A DNA stretch of 13,309 nt. Source: a virus. Numbering within the stretch: position 1 is the stretch's first letter; every line of letters starts with the position of its first letter. The translations under genes were made by a program, and so were the position numbers. The DNA lies in IMG/VR virus record IMGVR_UViG_3300045988_117795, positions 1-13,309 of that record, one strand, 5' to 3'. The notes under the pieces are model-generated. The model did no database searches. It saw only the letters and a program-made list of their open reading frames with translations, and was not told where the DNA came from. Of the stretch, positions 7,025-12,931 are shown piece after piece.

Positions 7025-7228
7025 TTACACCTCTTTGATGTTGGACAGCTTACCTTCCAACCGCTCCATCACCTGCGTGTTCCGGTCCAGAGCATCTACC
7101 CACGCTTTACTTTCGATTGCGTGCGCTTCCCGTTCCTTCTGCTGAGAATAGAACAGGTAGCAAACACAAGCAATCGGGAAACCCACATTGCTAATCAATG
7201 TGGTAATCAACTGTACAGTTTCACTCAT
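7025..7228 (-). CDS. Holin, BhlA/UviB-like (single N-terminal TMD plus coiled coil)
   Basis: Start moved to the ATG at 7228 (GAAAGGGGAAAATTT-ATG). 67 aa. One hydrophobic helix, LITTLISNVGFPIACVCYLFY, is followed by QQKERE and a charged helical tail, as in the BhlA LLFY..KERE pattern (memory). It lies immediately upstream of the endolysin. Confidence 0.7.
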   Translation of the reverse strand: MSETVQLITTLISNVGFPIACVCYLFYSQQKEREAHAIESKAWVDALDRNTQVMERLEGKLSNIKEV

Positions 7229-7393
7229 AAATTTTCCCCTTTCATGTTCGTTTTTTGGTTGCGGGCCGGGGGAGTTGCACCCACCGCTCGCCATTCTCGC
7301 CGCTACTCGCTCCTGCAAATGCGTGACCCCGTTCTTGCGGTGGACTGCCGCACGGGCTTCCTTCCGGGAGTGTCCTTGCCCACGGGGTCACTA
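7229..7393 (-). ncRNA. GC-rich structured RNA element: 5' leader of the late/lysis operon, or a discrete RNA such as a prohead-RNA candidate
   Basis: This ~165-nt interval has no credible ORF and lies directly downstream of a consensus promoter. By hand count, 93 of 136 nt (7261-7396) are G or C. This is visibly higher than the rest of the window, which I did not count. A three-way junction can be drawn: 7323-7330 pairs with 7384-7391 (8 bp), enclosing hairpins tgcgg/ccgca and gggc/gccc. A second bulged G-rich/C-rich hairpin lies at ~7263-7291. Function unknown. Confidence 0.45.
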
Positions 7394-7398
7394 CGCAC

Positions 7399-7427
7399 AA
7401 TATAGCACATTTGTTTGATTTTGTCAA
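7399..7427 (-). promoter_or_regulatory. Near-consensus sigma-A/sigma-70 promoter for the late/lysis operon
   Basis: The minus strand reads TTGACA (7427-7422), a 17-nt spacer, then TGcTATATT (7407-7399). This is a perfect -35 with an extended -10. The predicted start is ~7392. The -35 hexamer contains the ATPase TGA stop codon. Confidence 0.75.
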
Positions 7428-8467
7428 GCACCAAAATAGCGGTTTAACAAAATTTCACACAAACGTTCTTCAAAAATTATCTTGCCGGTTATATACTTCG
7501 CCCATATCCAGTTATATTTCCTGCGGAAATTCGTCAACTCGGCATCTGATAGGCCGAACCGTGTCGGACCGCCGGAAACGTGGGTAGTAATATAGAGGTT
7601 TTCGCCGCCCTTGCGGCGGTAGATACACAACTCCCCGATATTTACTAATGGGTCATAATTGCGTAGGTCCTCCGACTTGTTTGGCATCGCCAGGTCCTCC
7701 CCGATATACTTGTTGTCCAGGGCCATTGCACCAAATTCTGTCCCAGCGGTCATACGATATAGGGCAGTTTTGCTTTTTGCCGCTGAAATAGGGCTGTCCA
7801 TGATATTTACTAACATGATACCCCGGTCCGGCATATAACTAAGTTGTTGATGTTTGCGTTGCATCTGCACAACTTTGTTCACCAAACCCAACCCCATATA
7901 GATTGCATTATCCAACCGGTTAGAGTTGGAGAGACAGAGCAACTTGACAGGCGGTTTCCCCAATAATTCCCGGTTACGGTTGATAGTTTCGTATGCATTC
8001 ATCAGAGCCATACATTCTTCCCGGATAGGACGTGCGTGTGGTTCGGGGATAAATTCATCGTATATAATTATACTATATTGCTCACCGTTAAAACCTCTCA
8101 AATTACTGATAGTTGATAACGCCAGCATCATTCCAACCAGTGGACCGTCCGGGACTAGCTTATCTCCGTCCGGTACTCTGCGAACGATTTCCGTTGTATA
8201 TTTTCCAGATTTTGACAGGCCCACACATTCGCCAATATCTTTATTCAGCCGGGCAAATGGGTTATTGCTTTCGTTCGCCGCAAGAAATTCCGTTTCGGTC
8301 AACGTGCGCCGTAGATAGATAAATGGTATTTCATTTTCAATCACATATTTCAATGCGCCATAGGTCTTGCCGACACCTCGTGCGCCGGTACAAAATATAA
8401 AGGGGTATGGCTTCTCAACGATTTTCGGAACGTCAAGCCAGCCCTCCGGCGTGTAAATATTTTCCAT
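7424..8467 (-). CDS. DNA encapsidation ATPase (phi29 gp16-like)
   Basis: Walker A is FCTGARGVGKTYG. FIYLRRT, Walker B IIIYDEFIPE, LCLSNSN and GTEFGAMALDNKYIGED each line up with phi29 gp16 (GARGIGKSY, FIYVRRY, IVFDEFIRE, ICLSNAV, GTEYGEMSLDNQFIGDS; remembered sequence). Start moved to the ATG at 8467 (GGAGGG 5 nt upstream), giving 347 aa. Confidence 0.9.
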   Translation of the reverse strand: MENIYTPEGWLDVPKIVEKPYPFIFCTGARGVGKTYGALKYVIENEIPFIYLRRTLTETEFLAANESNNPFARLNKDIGECVGLSKSGKYTTEIVRRVPDGDKLVPDGPLVGMMLALSTISNLRGFNGEQYSIIIYDEFIPEPHARPIREECMALMNAYETINRNRELLGKPPVKLLCLSNSNRLDNAIYMGLGLVNKVVQMQRKHQQLSYMPDRGIMLVNIMDSPISAAKSKTALYRMTAGTEFGAMALDNKYIGEDLAMPNKSEDLRNYDPLVNIGELCIYRRKGGENLYITTHVSGGPTRFGLSDAELTNFRRKYNWIWAKYITGKIIFEERLCEILLNRYFGA

Positions 8468-8484
8468 GCTAACCCTCCATATAG

Positions 8485-8505
8485 CAAAAGCCCGGTTTCC
8501 CGGGC
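8485..8505 (-). terminator. Intrinsic terminator after the SSB gene
   Basis: The minus-strand RNA reads GCCCGG-GAAA-CCGGGC followed by UUUUG: a 6-bp GC stem, a GNRA-type tetraloop and a U tract. It starts 14 nt after the SSB stop and ends ~17 nt before the ATPase ATG. Confidence 0.65.
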
Positions 8506-8519
8506 CTTTGATGTGAAAC

Positions 8520-8864
8520 TTAGTCGGCGTACACGCAGTTGATAAACTCCCTGCCGCCCTTGCTGGTGCCGGTGGAAACACGGATGTGGTGAACGTCCAG
8601 TCCGGTCTTAGCGAAACATTCCAGCATCGCCTCGAAAGACTCGATGAACGTTACGGAGTTCGTGGCATACATCTTTTCTCCGGACTTGATAGAGAGGATT
8701 TTCCGCATCTCACCGGTCTTGCGGTCGGCATCCGCAAACAATGCCCACTTGTCAAGGGCCAGTGTCTCACCCTTAACAGAGGTCATTTTCTCGATTTCCG
8801 GGGACGTGGTGAGAAAATACAGGTCTGCGCCCTCTACGTTCTTGCTCATTTTGATAATTTCCAT
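8520..8864 (-). CDS. Single-stranded DNA-binding protein (phi29 p5-like), tentative
   Basis: 114 aa. The C-terminal HHIRVSTGTSKGGREFINCVY resembles phi29 p5 FKVKVVQGTSSKGNVFFSLQL, and the preceding YATNSVTFIESFEAML resembles YSAISKTVAEAASDLI (memory). It has its own consensus promoter. ATG at 8864 with AAAGGAAG 8 nt upstream. Confidence 0.5.
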   Translation of the reverse strand: MEIIKMSKNVEGADLYFLTTSPEIEKMTSVKGETLALDKWALFADADRKTGEMRKILSIKSGEKMYATNSVTFIESFEAMLECFAKTGLDVHHIRVSTGTSKGGREFINCVYAD

Positions 8865-8902
8865 TGTTGTTGCTTCCTTTCAGTTTTTGATTTTTATTTT
8901 GT

Positions 8903-8915
8903 GTTGGATTCCAAC
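8903..8915. promoter_or_regulatory. 13-bp palindrome GTTGGA-T-TCCAAC at about +1 to +14 of the SSB promoter (operator candidate)
   Basis: Perfect 6-bp arms around one central base. It lies 8 nt downstream of the -10 hexamer, within a 59-nt 5' UTR. Confidence 0.3.
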
Positions 8916-8922
8916 CGTCTAT

Positions 8923-8951
8923 ATTATATCAGTGCCTATTCCATTTGTCAA
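8923..8951 (-). promoter_or_regulatory. Consensus sigma-A/sigma-70 promoter in front of the SSB gene
   Basis: The minus strand reads TTGACA (8951-8946), a 17-nt spacer, then TGaTATAAT (8931-8923). Both hexamers are perfect and the TGn extension is present. The -35 hexamer contains the polymerase TGA stop. Confidence 0.8.
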
Positions 8952-11047
8952 TGTTTTTCTTTTGTAATTTCCCTTAACAATTTGTCATATTCTGCCGTGA
9001 TACCTAGTTGATACGTACTATCTCTAATCACTACATTAGCAGTTATCGGTAGTATGTGTCCGTCAACAGATAGAGACGTGATAGCCGGGTGGTCGTTGTA
9101 CATCAGTTCGGCACCACCAGCCCTGCGGAACAAAAAGCCAGGATTTGTGTTGACAAACCGCTCCAACCCCTTGCCGTACTCGTCCCCGGCGTCCAACTCC
9201 GAACCGCCCTCTTTTTTACTTACTCCGGCTATAGTGACGTGTGTTTTCCCGTTTTCGTCCGTGTATGCGTACTTTTTGGCCCCCAAAGTTGCAAAAGTGG
9301 GGTATTTTCCATCCGGTTCAAACACGCCCATATAATGGGCTTCGCCGGAAGGGTCAACAGCCCAGGCCCCAGACTTTTTGCTTGCCGCTATACGGTCATT
9401 ATTATATGGTGTCCAGTCGGGGAGAACATTTGTCTCTAGGTACTTGACAGAATCGGTGTCACAATATACAAATCTGGTTCCCACCAAATCAATACCGAGT
9501 TGCAAGTGGTATCTCGCCCAAGCCGTTGTCCAAACACCCCACGCATATGTCAAAAAGGCATTACGCTGAGCATCTGCAAGGGCTTCACCAATATCCAAGG
9601 CATCTTCGCCCCATTCTCCATCAAAATAGACCTCAGGCTTTGCGGGGTTTTGCGCCGTCATACCATATACGCTATTCAACTTCGCCTTGCTTTTTGCGTA
9701 TATAAGTTCCTGCCCGGGGACGTTCTTCAACTCCGTCTTTTTGTGATAAAGGTCACACAAAACTCCCACCATTTCCGGCGGCAACTTGCCATAGGTGGAG
9801 TAATAGCCGCTTATCACGGTAAAAACCCCGGTGTAATGGTCAACGATAACTTGCAAGTCAATATCCGTCACTGTCAACTCTAGATAGTCGGCGGCAATCA
9901 CTCGCCCATTGTCATAGACCCCGCCCACAATATTCCGGCACTTATCCCTTGGGATATATGGGCATCCGTCTGATATATGCCGTAAATGGCAATTTGATAT
10001 AGCAATCCGGGCCAGTGTTGCAGTTCCTCTTTTCTGCATTGTCAAAAGTCTATCCACTGTGGACAGGCCCAGCTTTTTGAACTCACCCATCGGAAATAGA
10101 TTATTGCACTGGACATCCGGGTAACTGCTGGAACGGTCTGCCGATATTACATTGTGTAATACTTTCCCGGCATAATGGCGGTTGGCGTGAGTATTCCCAC
10201 CCCGGAACGCTTCACGGAGATAGGTATATACTTCCGTATCTGGAAAGATTGCACGAATTTTATAAACCAACTCTTTATTGCTTCGTATGGCATTTCTCAC
10301 GTCTCGCCGTACATAACCGGTTGACGTGCGGGGGATAGTATCCAGTGTATCACCGTCCGCTTGCATTTCATTTGCTAGTGCTTCGCATAGTCCTTGGGTA
10401 TCGTTTGTACAGTATGCAAGTTCATTTTGTGTCATTTCTGTCCACGGGAATCGGATTTTTGTATAATCGAACTCTTTTCCAGATAGTTTTGTGTGTTCGG
10501 CGTGCATTTTGTTCGTAAATGTGTCCAAACTCATATTAGAATGCAGATATGAACATCTAAATTCTATATTACCCCATGTACAAGCAAGGACTTTCCGGGA
10601 CTTTACCGCCATAACATCTTCCCGATGGAAATTGTGAATGCCGGAAAGAAACTGGAATTCATACGACAAATTATGAACCCATATCACAAGCCGGTAATCA
10701 TTTTGCACAATATACTCGTTCCAACCGTCAATCATGGCGGTAAATTCATCCCACGTCCTGCCTATTATCATACACTTTTCGTGTAGACACAAAGTCCAGA
10801 TATACATGATTGATTGCTCATTCCGGCGGGTTTCTACCCATTCGCCCCTGATTTTCTCCGGGGCTGATAGTTCGGGAAAATCTTCCGGCTTTAGCCGGGT
10901 TGTTTCAATGTCAAAAGCGGCAATTTGATTTAGCGTGACCGCCTCATTTCTTGCGCTTTGTTTTTTTCGTCCCCCCTTGCTTTCCAGAGGTTTTGCCGCT
11001 TGTAGATACGGGAGCGCGCTTCCGGCGGTTATTCTTTTTAACTCCAT
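8948..11047 (-). CDS. Protein-primed family-B DNA polymerase
   Basis: Exo I AFDIETT, Exo II HNLSYEFQF, Exo III YCTNDTQGLCEAL, motif A DRSSSYP, motif B KAKLNSVYG, motif C VYCDTDS, and KxY GAKKYAY. Order and spacing match phi29-type polymerases. Start set to the ATG at 11047 (AGGGAGG 9 nt upstream), giving 699 aa; the track start at 11086 is a GTG without an SD. Confidence 0.95.
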   Translation of the reverse strand: MELKRITAGSALPYLQAAKPLESKGGRKKQSARNEAVTLNQIAAFDIETTRLKPEDFPELSAPEKIRGEWVETRRNEQSIMYIWTLCLHEKCMIIGRTWDEFTAMIDGWNEYIVQNDYRLVIWVHNLSYEFQFLSGIHNFHREDVMAVKSRKVLACTWGNIEFRCSYLHSNMSLDTFTNKMHAEHTKLSGKEFDYTKIRFPWTEMTQNELAYCTNDTQGLCEALANEMQADGDTLDTIPRTSTGYVRRDVRNAIRSNKELVYKIRAIFPDTEVYTYLREAFRGGNTHANRHYAGKVLHNVISADRSSSYPDVQCNNLFPMGEFKKLGLSTVDRLLTMQKRGTATLARIAISNCHLRHISDGCPYIPRDKCRNIVGGVYDNGRVIAADYLELTVTDIDLQVIVDHYTGVFTVISGYYSTYGKLPPEMVGVLCDLYHKKTELKNVPGQELIYAKSKAKLNSVYGMTAQNPAKPEVYFDGEWGEDALDIGEALADAQRNAFLTYAWGVWTTAWARYHLQLGIDLVGTRFVYCDTDSVKYLETNVLPDWTPYNNDRIAASKKSGAWAVDPSGEAHYMGVFEPDGKYPTFATLGAKKYAYTDENGKTHVTIAGVSKKEGGSELDAGDEYGKGLERFVNTNPGFLFRRAGGAELMYNDHPAITSLSVDGHILPITANVVIRDSTYQLGITAEYDKLLREITKEKH

Positions 11048-11657
11048 CTTCTGCCGCCTCCCTGTATTCCTTCCGCAACGTTCCACCCGCAGAGGATTTT
11101 AGAAATTCTGCAAAATTCGCCTTTACCTTTTCCGGGTCAATGTTCAATTCCTTCATATCCCTAATTAGGTCAATGATTTGTTCACTATCATACATTTCTG
11201 CAAGGCCCTGATGGATACGCATATTCAAAAATTCCGTGAACAAATGGAAATCCTCATTTGTGCTGATAAAGTCAATCCCACGGGACTGGAATGCTTCAAT
11301 GTGTTTATTTATATTTTTCCTAATGCCTCTTATGGTAGTTTTTTGCGGCTTCTCGAAAAATTCAACTAGATTTTGCAATCCAACGGCAAGGTCTGCGGGG
11401 TTGGTCAACTTGCTAGCCGGTCTGAGATACTCCTCAAACGTTTTATATCCATCTGTCCAAGCAAATCCGGCCTTTTTGATACTCCGCAGACGTTGCATTG
11501 CCGTTTTGCGTAGTCTGATATACTCGTCCTTTGCAGACCGTACGGCATTAGGGTCCCCGGCCCAATCATAGACTTTCGACGGGTCGTAGTAGTAATCCGG
11601 GAGCTGGTAACGGCTCCCCTCTGGTTTTAACCATTTTGTTTGCTTTCGTCTTGCCAT
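10944..11657 (-). CDS. Terminal protein (TP) candidate
   Basis: It lies immediately upstream of, and overlapping, the polymerase gene, as phi29 gene 3 does. 237 aa from the ATG at 11657, similar in size to phi29 TP. YIRLRKTAMQRLRSIKKAG resembles phi29 TP YARLVKNTKAKIARTKKKYG (memory). Both termini are strongly basic. A linear genome with an ITR requires a TP. Confidence 0.6.
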   Translation of the reverse strand: MARRKQTKWLKPEGSRYQLPDYYYDPSKVYDWAGDPNAVRSAKDEYIRLRKTAMQRLRSIKKAGFAWTDGYKTFEEYLRPASKLTNPADLAVGLQNLVEFFEKPQKTTIRGIRKNINKHIEAFQSRGIDFISTNEDFHLFTEFLNMRIHQGLAEMYDSEQIIDLIRDMKELNIDPEKVKANFAEFLKSSAGGTLRKEYREAAEDGVKKNNRRKRAPVSTSGKTSGKQGGTKKTKRKK

Positions 11658-11818
11658 TTCCAATACCCCAACTTAAAAAGCCGGTTAAACTCATACATTG
11701 CTTCTGTCCACCAAAAACAATGTGGTGGTTGTTTAAACGCAAATTGCACCACTTTAACAGCTTTAGAGTGGCTGTCCGGCATGGACAAAATCCGCTTCCA
11801 CATATTGACAGCTTTCAT
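11627..11818 (-). CDS. Hypothetical early protein, 63 aa, Trp-rich
   Basis: ATG at 11818 preceded by GAGGGGAG 5 nt upstream and placed 1 nt after the TAA of the preceding gene. I rejected the track's longer 111-aa version because its N-terminal part overlaps the upstream gene out of frame. No family recognised. Confidence 0.55.
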   Translation of the reverse strand: MKAVNMWKRILSMPDSHSKAVKVVQFAFKQPPHCFWWTEAMYEFNRLFKLGYWKWQDESKQNG

Positions 11819-11819
11819 A

Positions 11820-12182
11820 TTATCTCCCCTCACATACTTCTGCAATCTCGTCTGTAATGTAGCCATACATTCCGGCGCAGGTGTGGACGTACCGTTGGCA
11901 CGTCTTGCAGTTGGGAATGATACGGTCCCGGATTTTCCATGGCAATTTACGGATATAAGCACACAGGTCTATATCTTTTACCGTTGCCCAAGTGGTGGTA
12001 TATACGTCCCCATAGTATGCCGTAGGGGCATAGGGGATATATTTCCCGGTCGATTTGTCCACGGCATAGGGGGCACAATGTACGCCCTGGATTATTGCCG
12101 CCGCGAACTTGCCGTCCTTAACTAAGATTGCATCGTTGTGGCCTTTTACCAAGTGCCAACCATCTGTATATATTTTACTCAT
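11820..12182 (-). CDS. Hypothetical early protein, 120 aa, with C-terminal Cys/His cluster
   Basis: ATG at 12182 with GGAGG 11 nt upstream; the track start at 12200 is the TTG inside that SD. NCKTCQRYVHTC plus two earlier Cys residues suggest a small metal-binding element. No family recognised. Confidence 0.6.
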   Translation of the reverse strand: MSKIYTDGWHLVKGHNDAILVKDGKFAAAIIQGVHCAPYAVDKSTGKYIPYAPTAYYGDVYTTTWATVKDIDLCAYIRKLPWKIRDRIIPNCKTCQRYVHTCAGMYGYITDEIAEVCEGR

Positions 12183-12184
12183 TG

Positions 12185-12475
12185 TTACCAAAACCTCCAA
12201 ATTTTTAACTCTAAATCAGTTTTGTTTCCGGCGCACAACATCGGAAATGTTTTATACTCCCACCACTCGGACCCGTCATAGCTATCTCTTTCCAACCACC
12301 AATCTTCACCCACTACTACCAAATCTTCCGGAACCTCTGGAATACCGTAACTATTATCATATTCAATATTTTCAGCTTGCTTTTCAAATTCACCCCAACT
12401 ACATACCGCATTTATACTTCTGCGCCCAACCCATATAACATCATTAGGGTTTTTCCGTGCTCTCTCAATACGGCT
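12185..12475 (-). CDS. 96-codon open frame with no canonical start, in frame with the upstream ORF across a single TAG
   Basis: I translated the minus strand by hand: SRIERARKNPNDVIWVGRRSINAVCSWGEFEKQAENIEYDNSYGIPEVPEDLVVVGEDWWLERDSYDGSEWWEYKTFPMLCAGNKTDLELKIWRFW*. There is no ATG, GTG or TTG until codon 52. The TAA (12187-12185) lies 2 nt from the next gene's ATG, and that gene's SD lies inside this frame. This is the usual coupled-gene layout. The frame is absent from the ORF track because it lacks a start. Confidence 0.45.
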   Translation of the reverse strand, partial: SRIERARKNPNDVIWVGRRSINAVCSWGEFEKQAENIEYDNSYGIPEVPEDLVVVGEDWWLERDSYDGSEWWEYKTFPMLCAGNKTDLELKIWRFW

Positions 12476-12718
12476 CTAGTCTCCCGCAAAAGATTCATCG
12501 CTTACACGCCTCCTATAATATACCCGATAGCAATAACTTGTGCTGTCCCAACGGGGGAGCAACACATATTTCTCCCCGGCTCTGCGGCCACCGGCAACAC
12601 CCGTTATCAAGTTGTCGCTATCTTTCAAGCGGCGGGACACATAGCCCCGTTCGGATTTAATGTCATACACAACAATTTTTCCATTTTCATAAGCATGTGC
12701 AAATTCACCGTATGTCAT
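12476..12718 (-). CDS. Hypothetical early protein, 80 aa, ending in TAG
   Basis: ATG at 12718 with GGAGG 9 nt upstream, placed 1 nt after the TAA of the preceding small ORF. Basic and aromatic-rich (YCYRVYYRRRV). No family recognised. See the readthrough finding. Confidence 0.65.
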   Translation of the reverse strand: MTYGEFAHAYENGKIVVYDIKSERGYVSRRLKDSDNLITGVAGGRRAGEKYVLLPRWDSTSYCYRVYYRRRVSDESFAGD

Positions 12719-12719
12719 T

Positions 12720-12845
12720 TTACTTTACCTCCAAGATTTTCTCAGGCAAATACCCAGCTTTAACAAGTTCAATCGCCCGGCATTCCATTTCTTTATACTG
12801 TTCATCGCCGTCATTTTCATACGTCCATTTAAGCATTTTTGCCAT
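12720..12845 (-). CDS. Hypothetical first early protein, 41 aa
   Basis: Hand translation: MAKMLKWTYENDGDEQYKEMECRAIELVKAGYLPEKILEVK*. ATG at 12845 with AAAGGA ~10 nt upstream, 42 nt downstream of the predicted start of the right-end promoter. Its stop is tightly coupled to the next ORF. It falls below the ORF-track length cutoff. Confidence 0.45.
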   Translation of the reverse strand: MAKMLKWTYENDGDEQYKEMECRAIELVKAGYLPEKILEVK

Positions 12846-12893
12846 TGTCTTTTCGTCCTTTCATATCGGGAGTTCCTCTCCCTTTGTGATTAT

Positions 12894-12921
12894 ATTATAC
12901 CACACATCCTTCTAATTTCAA
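12894..12921 (-). promoter_or_regulatory. Right-end early promoter, firing inward
   Basis: The minus strand reads TTGAAA (12921-12916), a 16-nt spacer, then TGgTATAAT (12902-12894). It lies 11 nt inside the ITR boundary and upstream of the whole early gene string. Confidence 0.75.
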
Positions 12922-12931
12922 GTTGGAATAA

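Noticed and set aside
7229-7275. An intrinsic terminator ending a discrete small RNA before the holin gene
   Set aside because: On the transcribed (minus) strand the C-rich/G-rich hairpin is followed by AACCAAAAAAC, an A tract rather than a U tract.
7229-7318. Longer 97-aa (TTG at 7318) or 89-aa (ATG at 7294) version of the holin, suggesting a dual-start holin/antiholin
   Set aside because: The upstream starts lack an SD, and the added residues (ASGGCNSPGPQPKNEHERGKF) look like translated GC-rich RNA. The ATG at 7228 has a good SD. I cannot fully exclude the longer form.
7321-7396. 76-nt cloverleaf-sized structure, so a possible tRNA
   Set aside because: Only three helices can be drawn. There is no GTTCRA-type T-loop, no 7-bp acceptor stem with a 3' discriminator/CCA context, and no anticodon arm of the right geometry, on either strand.
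7188-7427. 61-aa (minus) and 76-aa (plus) ORFs inside the GC-rich spacer
   Set aside because: The minus-strand ORF 'starts' at the TTG of the TTGACA -35 box. Neither ORF has an SD. Their Pro/Gly/Ala/Arg-rich composition is what any frame of 68% GC sequence gives. The interval is better explained as RNA.
8468-8581. N-terminal extensions of the ATPase (start at 8581) and polymerase (GTG at 11086) as given in the ORF track
   Set aside because: The extension of the ATPase would span the terminator hairpin and overlap the SSB gene. In both genes an internal ATG with a strong SD sits just upstream of the first conserved motif.
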